This document shows positions 27,094 through 41,172 of a DNA stretch of 64,000 nucleotides, in pieces (within the stretch, counting starts at the first letter, position 1; every line of letters starts with the position of its first letter). Where the stretch lies: NCBI GenBank assembly GCA_028534125.1, contig CM052816.1, positions 5,830,001-5,894,000 of the forward strand. Reading direction: 5' to 3'. Source of the stretch: Lama glama (Eukaryota). Under the pieces are notes generated by a model that made no database searches, was not told the origin of the DNA, and saw only the letters and a program-made list of their open reading frames with translations. Made by a program: the position numbers and the translations under genes.

Positions 27094-28200
27094 TATAATT
27101 ATACTGAAATTCCATCAGTGTACAATGGATAATATATCCAATGGGAGTTTGAATTCCAGGTCTATTGCTGCAACTGCAGGCAAGATTCAAACGTAAGCCC
27201 TCTTATCAGGAGCCCGCCCTCCACCTTGCACCTGCCCCCAACTCCCCCGTGCTCAGCAGTCACATGGCACAGTAGTAAGAATATGGATTTTAGAGTTCTG
27301 TAGTCCTGGAGGGGAAGCCCAGCTCCTTAACTTTATAAACTTTGTGACTGGAAAACTTACTCATCTTTCTGAACCTGTTTCTTCATCTGAAAAGTAGGAA
27401 TAATAGTACCAACCTCAAGGACCATTGTGAGGGTTTAATGCATCATCATTTAAGTATATATCATAGTGTCTGGAAAGTACCAGTCATTCAGTGAGCTGTC
27501 ATTATCACTAAGGGTTTAAGGAATTCTAGCTCAGTGGCGCCAAATGCTGGGCACCAGTTTAGGCTGGCCATCCTATTCTTACTATCACATCACTTGGCTT
27601 TTGTCAGATTCCTGAGAGCCAAACTCTGTTGACTCGTGCTTGCCTTCCTCCTCTGCAGCTCAGTCATGTGACATCTCTGAGCCTCAGTTCTCACCTCTGT
27701 AAAATGGCGGTGATGAATTCTACATTGCTCACTCCATAGGAGTAGCGTGAGGTTCAAAACCCAGTGGTGCGATCCATGCAAACACGTCACATAAGCTACA
27801 ACATGGTGAAAAAATGGGACGGATTGCTGTTATTATTGTTGATATGAACCCCCCAGGAGGTGTAGACAGACCTGCTGGACGCTTTATAAGTTCTCAGGGG
27901 TTTGCTAGTTCTCTACAAGAATTTTTAAATGTTGCTCTTTTTAATTTCAGTGTAACTCAAATCATTCATATTAATAATCTATTCGTGTGCTCCACCATGT
28001 GAGTACTCCTGTTTGCAGTCTCAGGGGCCTGAAGAGTATAACTATCAGCCATGCCATCACACCTCTGCCACACAGATTGTCGTCCAGATAAGCCACAAAC
28101 AAAATAATCTTTTACTGAACGGAAATAACTCATTATATAGGAATTCAAATTGTTTTCCAGTTGCTCCCCAGCTTTGTCTTTTGCTTTTTAAACTATTAGG

Positions 28201-28375
28201 CTTTTTTAAAAAAAATTGTTTATGTATGTATGTATGTATTTATTTATTTATTTTTGTTTTGGGGGGAGGTGATTAGGCTTATTTACTTGTTTATTTTAAT
28301 GGAGGCACTAGGGATTGAATACTGGACCTTGTGCATGCTAAGCATGTGCTCTACCACTGAGCTATACCCTCCCCC
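28201..28375 (-). mobile_element. Vic-1-like camelid tRNA-Ala-derived SINE
   Basis: Minus strand GGGGGAGGGTATAGCTCAGTGGTAGAGCACATGCTTAGCATGCAC... plus A-rich tail. Perfect 13-bp TSD ttaaactattagg at 28188-28200 and 28376-28388. Confidence 0.9.
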
Positions 28376-30904
28376 TTAAACTATTAGGTTACTTCACTAT
28401 ATTGAAATGTTATCTTAAATGTTACCTTCTGTTAAATACTTTTTGCAATTAATTCAAAAGCTCCTTGTCAAATTTTTTATTCTGTCACTCAATAAAAACA
28501 TGTTTCAAATAAACGAATTGGATACTGAAACAAAAAAAGAATTTAACCATTAGCTCGTTGTCTCCCAAACTAGCTCTGTGGCCCCAGGGTAGGGGTCCAC
28601 GTATCCCCCTTTTGAGAAATACTAGTTTGGTCTAAGATTTGCTGCAGATGCACCACAAAGATAAGACATATAACTCTAGAGGGCTCCAGCTGGTAGATGT
28701 CTGCTTTGATCACAATCTCAGAGCAGGTAGTCAAAGCAGAGTCAGTGCTGGGTTTGGAGCCGGACTGACAGCCAGACAGGAGAGCTTGGCTCTCCGGTGG
28801 GCTCTGGGGCCCAGGGGCTTCATTAAGAAATGATAGTACAGTTCACCAATTTCTGCATCGTTTAAGTACACTTTATGGACATACCAGTGCTATGGAAACA
28901 TAAATACACATCTATCCTAGCATATATAAAGTATGAATACATATATCAGCATATACATGTGCGTGCAAACATATGCACATACACATACACGCAATGTGTG
29001 AATATGTACAGGTGGGTCGATTCGGTGTATGAAGTAAGGATCCCCCATCTATGAAGAACACTTTACATTTTTCAAAGCATGGTGACATTCAGCAACATAT
29101 TCGGTTTCCCCAGTGACTCCATGAGCATATCTAGTAGGAATTATTATTCCCAATATACAGATGAGGAAACTGAGGGCTGGAGAGTTGCCAAAGATCACTA
29201 GCTGAGAGTGGTGTTTGGACAAAAAGCAAGGATTTTCTTTCTTTTTTTTTTTTAATGACTCCCTGTTACAAAGCTCCCCTCTCTCACCCATGGTCTCCTT
29301 CCATCCTCCCTTCTAGCAACCCACTAAAGCCGAAAAAGCATCCCTCCAAAGTGATCTGTTAGAGGAATGCCGTTGGCTACTTTGAAGCTCGTGCATTCTG
29401 ACAGGGACGGAAGGAACTGCAAAATAAAGTGCAGCTCCCTCCTTTTGTTAAACCTTTCAAAAGCTTCCTTGGTTTCTAACTCTGTAATTACACCCTAATC
29501 AGAAACACTCGGAAGGAGGGGGTCAGTTCCATGCAGCAGCAGGCTAATTACGTGGCGGAATTTCTAAAACTGTTATCATCTTATAAATTGTTATTCCTCT
29601 GAAGGAATACTCAACACTACATACTCAACTATGTTTCAAAGTGAATTAATTAGTAATCTGAAGCCTAATTATCAACTAATCTATTGGAACATGCAAGCCT
29701 TTTGTATTTGGATGGTATATGCAATTTGCATCCTATTAGCTGGCAGTTGTAAGAATTTGAGAGCTCATTAGGTCAGTTAGAAAAAAAAAGAATACAGATC
29801 AGAAGGATACAGACCCAAAGGGCTGACTTGGTAATGCTGTGACCGAGGGGTCACTTGGCAACAGATGGAGGCTGGCAATGTAATTACCTGAGGTCTTTCA
29901 GTGGCTTTGAGGCCACTGATGTGTAATTTCTGTCTTACCCTGGAGAGGTGATGATGTGTGCCCCCAGCCTTGTTCTGTGTATTCTCAAGCAGCAGGGTGC
30001 CCGTACGGTCTGTAAGGAGAGATGTCCCGAGGTAGTGGAAGAGGCACTCGATGACTGGATGCTAGCTCCTAACCTTGGTGCTAGGCCTAGCTCTGTCACT
30101 GACTTGCTGTGTGCCCCTGGCCAAGTCGTACCACCTTGCTGGTTTGACTACAAGCAAATGTTTCCCTGCAGGCAAATGGAATTGAGATTGAGCTGATTTC
30201 CAAAGTCCCTTCTAGCACTAAGGACCTGAGGTTTGAAGAATGTCAAGAGTTCCTTCATTACAAAGTCGAACATTTCATCCTCGCAAACGGCCTCTCAGGG
30301 TGAAACCCTTGGTTCCCCCAAATTCTCTGGACAGGTCCATTCCATTTAAAATGCAAATATCTCTGAGAAAAGTAACATATCTATTAATCGCAGATTGTAA
30401 ATTAACCTGTCTCAATAACTCCTTATTTCCAGTTCTGATCCAGAAATATTAGAACAGCCAAGGCAAAGCAGTTTTGAAGGGGAAAGAAGGTTTAGACAGG
30501 GATTTGTCAGAGGCTGGAGGTCAGCCCAGAAAGAGAGTCAGAGCTTAAGAATTAGGCAAGATGTTTTGGTCCCATTTTTAGAATCTGCCGTTTTATACCC
30601 AGACCCTGTGCCTTTGTTCTACTAATGATCTTTATTCCAAAAATAAGTAGAAAATACGTCTTTTGTTCACTTAATAAATATTGCTCATAGAAATAATCAA
30701 CACAAAATAACATGGCTAAAACTGAGCGATGTGATTTGTAAAAGACAAAAAGCTAAAAATCATATCTTAATGGAAACATGGAAAATCATAAAGATAGCCC
30801 AGAATAATAAGCAAGCTTCATAGAAAAAGCTATCATTGAGGAACTCTCACAATTGCTCAAACTGTCACATGGCAAAATTTGTTATTTATTAAAATTTGCT
30901 GAGG

Positions 30905-31497
30905 GATGCAGCCACTTTGGAAAACAGTTTTGGAATTCTTCAAAGTATTAAACATAGAGTTACAATATATTCCAGAAATTCCACTCCTAGGGGTATGCTC
31001 AAGAGAAAAACCTGAACAGAAATGTTCATAGTAGCATTATTCACAGCAGTCAAAAAGTGAAAACAACCCAAATGTCCATCAACCAATGAATGGATAAACC
31101 AAAATGGACACATCCATATAACATAACGTTATTTGGCAATAAGAAGGAATGAAGTACTGATACACATACTACATGGATGACCTTGAAAACATGCCAGTCA
31201 CAAAGGACTATATATTGTATGAATCCACTTGTATGTTATGTCCAGAAAAGGGAAATCCATAGAGATAGAAAGTAAATTGCTGGTTGGCTAGGACTGTAGG
31301 AATTTGGCAGAGGGGGTGATGAGGAGTAACTGCTAGTGGGTATGGGGTTTCTTTTTGGGGCGATGAAAAAGTTTTAAAGTTGGATTGTGGTGATGGTTTC
31401 ACAATTCTGTGAATATACATAGAACCATTGAATTGTACACTTTAAGTGGATGCACTGTATGGCATGTGAATCTTAGTAAAACTCTTGGGGAAAAAAA
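30905..31497 (+). mobile_element. L1MB-like LINE-1 3' fragment
   Basis: cagccactttggaaaacagttt...aattccactcctagg...aacaacccaaatgtccatcaa...gaatgaagtactgatac...cattgaattgtacacttt. Confidence 0.85.
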
Positions 31498-32269
31498 GAC
31501 AAAGGCAAAATAAAGTTACATTTGGCTCTGGGAAAAAACTACTTCCAGAATCAAATTTGATGATTAAAAAAGGTAGATGAGCAAGACATGACACAGGAAA
31601 AAGAAACTTGCCAGAAACAATGGCCACAAAAGAAGACTCATAATGGTGCATGCTACTAGGTAAAATTTACTGTGTACAAAAAATTATTTTATGAATCAAT
31701 TCTTCATGCCATGGAAAATAATTGCACCCAATAAAAATAACTGCAGTACCTTAAAATGAAAATAAAAATCTTCTGTGAAAGAGAGCTTAGCTATGCCACA
31801 TAAAAATGATAAAAACTAAATTGACATAATACTGTTCATGCTGTAAAACTGTTTCTGGCTAAAGATTTGTCAATGCTAGTATCACTATGATTTAAATGCT
31901 TGTATTTATAAAGAGTAAAACTATCATCGGTGTCAAAACAGAAGGTCGAAATCAGTGGAGTCAAAATGTCTTGTATCCATTTAAAGATGTGGTGATTTTG
32001 TCCTTATTGCCCAGTGGCAGACCAATAAAAGCTGGAATTGTGATGACTGATGAAGGCCTGCCCCCCAGCACCATCTCTTCCAAGGAAGCTTAGAGATTCA
32101 TCATGAGTGTGCTGTGGTTTGACAAGTCATGATGTGGAGGGAAGAAGGTTAAAGCTCAGAATTTTTCCTCCCACCCACACAATTCCCACCAGCCAGGGAC
32201 AACAGAAGCAAGCCAGTTCCCAAACACGGAAAGACTCCGTCTTTGAGACCTGCAGTGTCCTCTACTCAC

Positions 32270-32323
32270 CAGATTTGCAAGGATGTAGTGGTAGCCAATG
32301 CCATTTTTCTCCAGCTTTATAAT
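32270..32323 (-). CDS. GRIA1: GRIA1 coding exon 5 (54 nt, phase 0 to 0), not in the ORF track
   Basis: Read by hand: tgtag|ATT ATA AAG CTG GAG AAA AAT GGC ATT GGC TAC CAC TAC ATC CTT GCA AAT CTG|gtgagt = IIKLEKNGIGYHYILANL. It fills the gap between exons 4 and 6 exactly. Confidence 0.96.
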
Positions 32324-35300
32324 CTACAAGACACACAAGAGGGGCTCCATTAATCATACTGACAATTGAAGCTACAACTGACACTAATTGAGTTCTGACT
32401 CTGTGCCCTGTCCTACCCTAAGTACTCAGAGTACAGTATCACAGCCATCCAAAGATGGTGGCATTGCTGATATCCTTGTTTCACAGATGAAGAATCGAGG
32501 CATTGTGAAGTTAAATAAATTCCCTAAGGTACCCAGTTATTAAGTAGCTGGTGCAAGATTTGAAATCAGTTTTGCTTGATTCCAGGGATAGACTAGTGTT
32601 ATCATAATCCCAAGGTCCCAGCTGAACCAGCTGAAATGCTCTCTTTGCTTCTTCCGTAAAATCTTCCCCGTACATGGAGATTCTTCCCAGGCAGACTGGG
32701 AATCGTATGTTGAATTCCCTGTCATTGTTATAACAGTGGCTGCTGCTTGGATGGACAGCTGGGTGGATGGGTGGATGGGCAGATGTATGGTCAAATGAGT
32801 AGGTGGATAATTCCAGCCCAGCTCTTGACCTTCAAATCCTTGCATGGACCATATTCAGATACAGTTCCTTCTTTCCTGAACTTTGTGCCGTCTTCCCTAA
32901 CCCAGTTGGTACTCTGACATCAATGAGCCACTCAACCTAGAAGCTGGAAGCAAATGTCAGGATCACCTGGCCCAACCTCTCCATGTACAGATGGGAAGTC
33001 CAGGCTCAGAGATGGGGAGTGATTTGCCAGATCTCACAGAAGTCTGATAGCAGGGTCAGGACAGGAACCTGACTATTGTGACCCTTTCAACATGATGCCT
33101 GATTAAGAGCGAGGGTCCACAGACACTTCTCCATCTTGAATGCTCACACTGCCCCTAATCATTGTAGGCAGGAAAAATATTTCTAGAAAGAACTACCCAG
33201 AAGTTTGCTCAGGCATCCAGACACACCACCCAACATGCAAACAGCTAAGATTGTACCCTAATTCAGCCTTCAATTTAACTTGATCTAGTTCTTTCTTTTT
33301 TTAATCATCAAATTGAAGTTAGTACACCCTGCTCAGCGCCTCTCCCCCTGCACTGCTGCAAGGAGGTGCAAAACTTATGAGAAGCACGTGGGCTTCATCT
33401 CTAACTGAATAAAATTTCAAGGTTATTAAAATCCACATTCAGACATCTACTTAATTGGGTGTATGTGCATTGCGGCCCACATATTTTTTATGTAGGGAAT
33501 AATTAAATGCAAGCATACACAATGAACGCTCTGAAACAGTGGTTAGCATGTGAAATTCTGTGGGGCTCACATACTGTTGGGCTGATAGTTTTATTAGTAA
33601 TTCTTCATCACTTTTTCATTTTCTGTCAAATGGTTTGCTGCCCTTTCGACAATGAGACACCTTTATCAGAAACCTATTCAGCTTCTAATAAACACAAAGC
33701 AGCAAATAAAAGAAACTGGAAACCCACTGCATCCAGGCAATGATAAGAAAAGTCTCTGAAGAGGAAATTATAGGTTGAAATGCAGGAAACAGCTGATGAC
33801 GAATGACTTTTGACTGATAAAAATTAGGAATTTTACATGGTTCAACCTAACACCCACCTTCCCAACCATCTAGTTAGCTACCTACCCAGTGGCCTACGTC
33901 CCCTTTCACAAACATTGACTAAGTGCTGACTGTCTGCCAAGCACTGGGCTGGGGGTAGAGCGGACAGTGAAACAAGCATGGTGCTCGCCGTCCTGGGGGT
34001 CACCGTTTACTGGGAGGAGACCTGCACGGAACAGGTGGAGATAAATGCAGACAGGATTACCGACTGAGAAGGTCATTATAAAGGTGACCTGCAATTTCAT
34101 TTGGAGTCCGTTGCCTCACTAACCCCATTCCTTCAAAGCTCATTTCTGCTGGATTGCCTTAACTCACAGTCTTTGTGTCCAGAAGGCCCTTTCCCATTCT
34201 CTCTAATTATTCATAACCTTTATGGCTGAGTTCTAATCCCAACTACTCTGTAAAACTATCTATGATTAATTAATTCAGTCAACAAATATTTACTGAACAA
34301 GGCCCATATGCCAAGCACCATGCTATGTGTTAAGGACAAGCTATGAACAGGTGAGGCAAGGTCCCCAGGCCCTCACCGAGCTGAGTTGACACTTTTGCAG
34401 GGAGCCAGATGGTAAGTGTATAAACAGATAAATGAGTAAGATTTCAGCAGGTGAAAAGCACTGTGAAGACAATAAAACAGGATGGATGGCATCCTCCTGG
34501 TCTCCCCCATCCGTCTCTAACTTATCCTGAACTTAATGACTGTATTACATAATTTGGTGTCTTATACAGTGCTAAAGCATTATATTCTGATAAGCCTGTT
34601 CCCTGCTCACAAACCTTCACTGCCCTCTCCACTGTTTACAGAATGAACCCCAAACTCTTTAGAATGGCTTCCAAAGATAGTCATGATCGTATGTTCTTCT
34701 CCCCGTCATTGTCTCCCAGTAGACAATTGTCATTCTCCACTTGGTCTCTTCAACCACCTTGTGAATCTTGGCCCTCACATGCCCTCTGGGCCTCCCTACA
34801 TGCTCTTACCTCCAGCTTAAAGGCTCTTATCCATCCAAAGGCTACCTGTCGCTATCCAGACCCATCTCACATCTGGGTTCTTTCTTAGAGCATTCATTGA
34901 TTCCCTATTCTTGCCATTCATTCAAAAAATATTTATTGAATACCTACTAGGTGCCAAGCACCATTCAAGGCACTGTGAATACAGCACGAAAGAAAACCAA
35001 CAGAAGTCCCTGCCCGAATAGTGCTTCTGTTCTAGTAAGAACTCTAGAGGTAGAGACAGGCAATTAACTCCCCATTTGGAATTTGGAGTCACTGCCTTCC
35101 TCCTCAGTTTAGGCAGAACATTTGTGCTAGACTGAGAGGATCCCAATAACTGAGTGTTAGATAGTCTAGGATGATGCCAAGATGTGTGACTGCAAATCAG
35201 AAGACGTCAATTCTAGACTCATCGTCATTGTCAATAGTCAGTTGCCTGAACTCGAAACAAATCATTCAACAAATATGACCATCAGTCATTCCGTCTGTAA

Positions 35301-35884
35301 AGTGTGAATGCAAGTGGCAAATCAGGTGATTTGTAAGATCCTTTCAGCATCTTGGCTTACAAGAATCCAACAATTAAAAAAGTTTATATACTACCATCTA
35401 AAATATTGCTTCCCTACAAAACACAAGTTTGTCCTCTTACAGAGTGGGTGGCTATAGACAGCAGATGCTAAAAGTTGCATTTTTGAAAGGCTGGGCCCTG
35501 TAGTCAGACCAAGATGGGTTTGACTTCATGATTTTCTTATATGACAGCTGTGAAAAACCCCAGGCAAGTATAATTCCTTATTTCTTCATCTATAAAATAG
35601 GGAAACTGATAAAGCTGTTTTATGGAGATGATGTGAGATCGAAGTAGCATTATATATGAATAGGGCTTGGCATAGTATCTGGTGTGTGGTAAGCACTTGC
35701 TTTCTTATACAGCAATATAGCAGGAGCCGTCAGTCTATTAAGAATACCGAATTATCATTCAGCACTTTCTCTACCTCCTATCTCATCTAATCTTTTTATC
35801 AGCTTTGTAGAACAGGGGCCTTCATCCCTATTTTACAGATGAGTACACTTATGCCAAAGAGGAAGTGACTCAAGAAACCAGTAT

Positions 35885-36298
35885 ATACCCACAACACCTT
35901 GAATGAATCTCCAAGGAATTATGTCAGGTGAATAAAGCCAAACCCAAAACGTTACACACTATGTGATTCCATTTCTACCATATTCTCGAAATAAGGAAAT
36001 TATAGAAATGGAGAACAGATTAGTGATTGCTTGGGGAAAGGGAAAAAGAGAAGGAGATAGGGAAGCAGTATGACTACAAAAGGGCGACACAGGGTTTTTG
36101 TGCTGATGGAAATATTCGGTACCTCGAATGTGCCAAGTGCAATTGTCAGTTTCCTCGTTGTGATATTGCACTATTGTTTTGCAAGATGTTACCACTGGGA
36201 TAACTGGATATGTGGTACATGGGATCTCATTGTATTATTTCTTACATGTGTATATGACTCTGCATCTCAAAATTGAAAGTTTAACTGAAAAAATAAAA
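35885..36298 (+). mobile_element. L1MC-like LINE-1 3' fragment
   Basis: gaatgaatctccaaggaattatg...gaaatggagaacagattagtg...ttttgcaagatgttaccactggg...gggatctcattgtattatttcttaca, ending A-rich. Confidence 0.8.
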
Positions 36299-36391
36299 CA
36301 CCAGTATAAGTTGACACTATGAACAGGAAAAATAGGCAAATTCTTACACACCTCACTTTCTGTGGGGCTGGCTCTATTCTAAGTGCTTTAC

Positions 36392-36441
36392 ATGTATGCA
36401 TGTGTGTGTATATATGTATACATATATATATATATATATAC
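36392..36441. repeat. (TA)/(TG) alternating purine-pyrimidine microsatellite within a MIR
   Basis: atgtatgcatgtgtgtgtatatatgtatacatatatatatatatatatac. Confidence 0.9.
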
Positions 36442-37549
36442 ATTCTTTTAACTCTCACAAGAAGCTCTCTAAAGGTAACTATGATGATGCCCATTTTACA
36501 GATCAGAAACTGAGCTGCAGGAATATTAAAACCTGGCTCAAAAAAAAAATGGCTCAATATTAAAACCAGAGCTAGTAAACATGAGAGCTAGGAATTTGAA
36601 TCCCGGGCAGTCTGGCTCCAGTGTCTTTAATTTAAACCATTACTCTGTTCTTTACTTAATTAGAATTCCAACCCTCTGACTCCAGCTCAGAGAACTCCTA
36701 TCTCAATAGAAATAGTTTTTGCTGGTTTCTCTCTCTGAGAAGCCAGATCCACACTTTGTAAAGTAGAAAGAACATAGAGTTAATGCCTCAAAGACCCCCT
36801 GACTTTCCAAATTTCTCCTATTCAGTTGCCGAGGGCTCTTGAGTAATTGCTGAGCTGGCGCTGAGATTCCCTGTGGGAGCCCCAGGGGTCTTGAGAGCCA
36901 TTAACAAGCTCTGTCATGTTATCAAGTACCTAAAACTGCCATCTTTGATTGTATAGCACTGCTCAAAAATGATCGCAAAGTCTCCTTCCTTACTAGCTCA
37001 TCTGAATGCAAAAATGTAATTTAAAAAGACAAGTGATCTACACAAAGACCTGCTCCTTCTGTGGTGGGGACAGGCTTTACTTCTGGGAACTGGAGGAACC
37101 GTGGCTTCTAGACATCTGGCTGAAGACTGTTGAGGTTACAGTGCCCTTTCATAGACTGTAAAATCAATTGATGGTTTGGACAGAAGAATGTGTTCCAGGA
37201 AACAGTAGAAAGGGAGATGCCTGGGGACTTCCTGGGCTCTTAAAACAAGTCAGTGGGTCAAATGGATGAGATACCAAGTTCTGCATCAGTGGTGACAGGA
37301 TCCAGAGCCGAACCCAGGGATCTGGCTCTATAGGATGTGATGGCACTTCACAAACCCTAAAACGCAATGCCATTTGCTTTTTTAGCAAGAAAAGGAAGCA
37401 ATGGAGGCAAGTTTTTGGTAAACTGATCTGAGAACCATTTGAAGCCATATGTGAAGGCTCTCACTGTTCATGCTATTTCATAACGTGTCAGAATTAAGTC
37501 TTATGAATTCCAGAATGTAAGAAGGAAGGTGTCTGGTTTCATCTAGTCA

Positions 37550-37915
<366 letters not shown>

Positions 37916-38449
37916 TCAGCTCCATCTTTCTCTGTGCAAGTCTGAGCTCGCTCAGGGCAGGCTCTGGGTCTCTTTTGTGTCTCTGGTTCCAGAACATAGC
38001 AGGCAACAGAGCAAGAGATTAAAAATATAATCTGAGGCTCAAATCTTGAAGCTACGCTATACTGGTTAAATGATCTTATACAGACTAATTTGCCTCTTTG
38101 AACTGTCTTCAATGGTAAAACAGTGCTGTTAATAATGCCCACCTCACAGTGTCATCATGAGAATTGAATGAGAATGTCTCCCACGTGGCAAGGGTTTTAT
38201 AAATATAGATTACTATTAGGCATTTAGTAACTGCGTGTGAAATGTGCCAATCTGATATCAACAGCACCTAATAACTGTCAATCAGATCCGTGAATGTTTG
38301 GTACATCTCTGTGCCTAGTACTTGCCTCTCACACAGTAAGTGTTCAATCAGTGCGCACTCAATTAAACCACTCTCTTCTGATTTATAGCTAAGTATTAGG
38401 GGAGTCCATTACTCGATACTGCTTTGTTTCATCTTTGAGACACAGATGG

Positions 38450-38946
38450 TGTATTAGTTACTGCAGCTGTAACACACCGCAAACTTAGCGACTTAACACA
38501 TGTATTATCTTACACAGCCAGAGGTCCAATGTTTGAAATAAATCTCCCTGGGCTAAAATCAAGGTATTGGCAGGGCTGTTATTTTCAGGAGGGTCTAGGG
38601 TAGAAACTTTTCTTGCCTTTCCAGCTTCTAGAGGATGTCTGCTTTTCTTGGTTTATAGCCTCTTCCATCTTCCAAACCAGCCGTGACTGGTCAGGTCTTT
38701 CTCACATCTTACTCTGACACTGCCTCTTCTGCCTCCAACCTGCACACTGAAGGACCCTTGAGATTACACTGAGGGTGCCCAAATAATCCAGGATAATCTC
38801 TATCTTAAAGTTAGTTGATTAACATCGTGAATTCCATCTGTAACCTTAATCCCTCTCACCATTTAACGTAACATATTCACAGATTCCAGGAATTAGAGCA
38901 CAGACATCTTTGTGGGGAAAGGGAGGTCATTATTCTGCCTGCAACA
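38450..38946 (-). mobile_element. MLT1 (MLT1D-like) MaLR solo LTR, full length
   Basis: TG...CA termini (tgtattagtt ... attattctgcctgcaaca), near-perfect 5-bp TSD gatgg/gatgt, internal gggctaaaatcaaggtattggcagggctg. Confidence 0.85.
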
Positions 38947-40560
38947 GATGTTTTTTCATTCTGGCATCATTAATCAGTCTTTGTATATATATATCATTTC
39001 TGTGTCCCCATAACACTGCTAATCCCTCCCACAGTGACCAGTGTGGTACCTGATCTAAAGAATCATCTGTAGATTGATTCTGCTGTCTCTTCCTATCTTT
39101 CTTTCTTTTTAGTACACGTTTGATGTGCTTAAGCCTCACATTTACTGAAAATTTACTGTGTGTTTGGAACTGCTCTATTAGCTTTCTTGTCTTCAGTTCA
39201 CTTAATTCAGTCAGGTGGGTACCATTATTATCCATGTTTCACACATGTGGAAATTGAGGTTCAGAGAGATTTAGTCATTGGTCCAAGGTCACACAGCTAG
39301 CAAATGGCTCTGAGCTCAGAGTTGTGAGGTAGGTGGAGTCCCTTTAAGAGTACAGCCACTTTTGCTAACTGACCCCAGAGATGATCCTCTGTGATGAAAA
39401 TGACATTTTTCTGCTTTGCCACTTCCAGGCCTCGAGCCTCATTATGCTGCAAAGCTGTCCTGAAATAGCCCATCTGCAGGTCATCCTTATAATGGCTTCT
39501 TGTCTGAGAAGGGAAATCATCAAAACAGAGGGAAGGGAAAATCGAAGAAAATAGAGTGCTTCTGGTCTCTTCTGCCAGCTAATTCTCATTGAATACTGCC
39601 TGCCTAACTCTTCCTAAAAAACCATTTCACAAGCCACTCTCCTAATCAAAAGTCTTCTAAGCGTCCTTAAAGGCAGCCTCCTATAAAACCTCCCTTTTGC
39701 TGAGGGCAAAACTCCTATGCCTCATTTCCCAGACTTTGTATGATCCATTTATTTTTTTGCATCAATAACGGCTAAGTTCTTGCAGGACTGTTTAGTCTAC
39801 CGGGGGAGGAAGGCGGGTACAACACACCCACCGCAGGAGTTAGTACAAAGAAGAGTGTTTCCATCTAGGAGGTCAGGAAATAGACACAGTGGTGTTTGAG
39901 GATGTTGCAAAACAAAGGAGGAATTTGCATGTGCAGATCTGAGAAGGGCAGTGTAATCCCAGAAACTGGAATTACCCAAGCAAAGATGTAGAGAAGAAAA
40001 AAAAAGAAGTGTTGGAAACATTTAGAAAATGTGATGGAAAATTCAAGACTTAAGTGGAGGCAGAATTATAGAAAGGATTGATGGTGATGATGGTGGTGAT
40101 GATGATATTAGCAGTTACCACGTACAGAAGACTCTACACGTTCTTTATGTCGTAGGAACTTCCCAGTCACTTTCTAGTCATCGTCTTGTCCAATCCTCAC
40201 AACTTTATGAGGTAGAGACCAGTTCTATCTTCATTACAGAGATGAGGAAATGAAGGAATAGAGGATTTTATTCCCACTGCATAAATAATCAAACTGAGGC
40301 AGAGGGAGCTTGCCCAAAGTCAAACAGCCGGAGAGGAAAAAACATGGAATTCAGATCCAGGTCTGTCTGACTCCAGAGTCTCTACTCCTAAAAACCGTGC
40401 CATGAGCCAGGAGCCATTCAGCTGAGGTCCTTGGCCTCTGAGTCTGGGCTCAGGACCCATGGAAGCTTAGTGAGCGGCAGAGAGACATGGTGCATTAAGG
40501 GGATTATTCTCAAGGATGTGTTTCCACACTGTGAGTTATAGATTAGCTATGGGAAAATCA

Positions 40561-41172
<612 letters not shown>

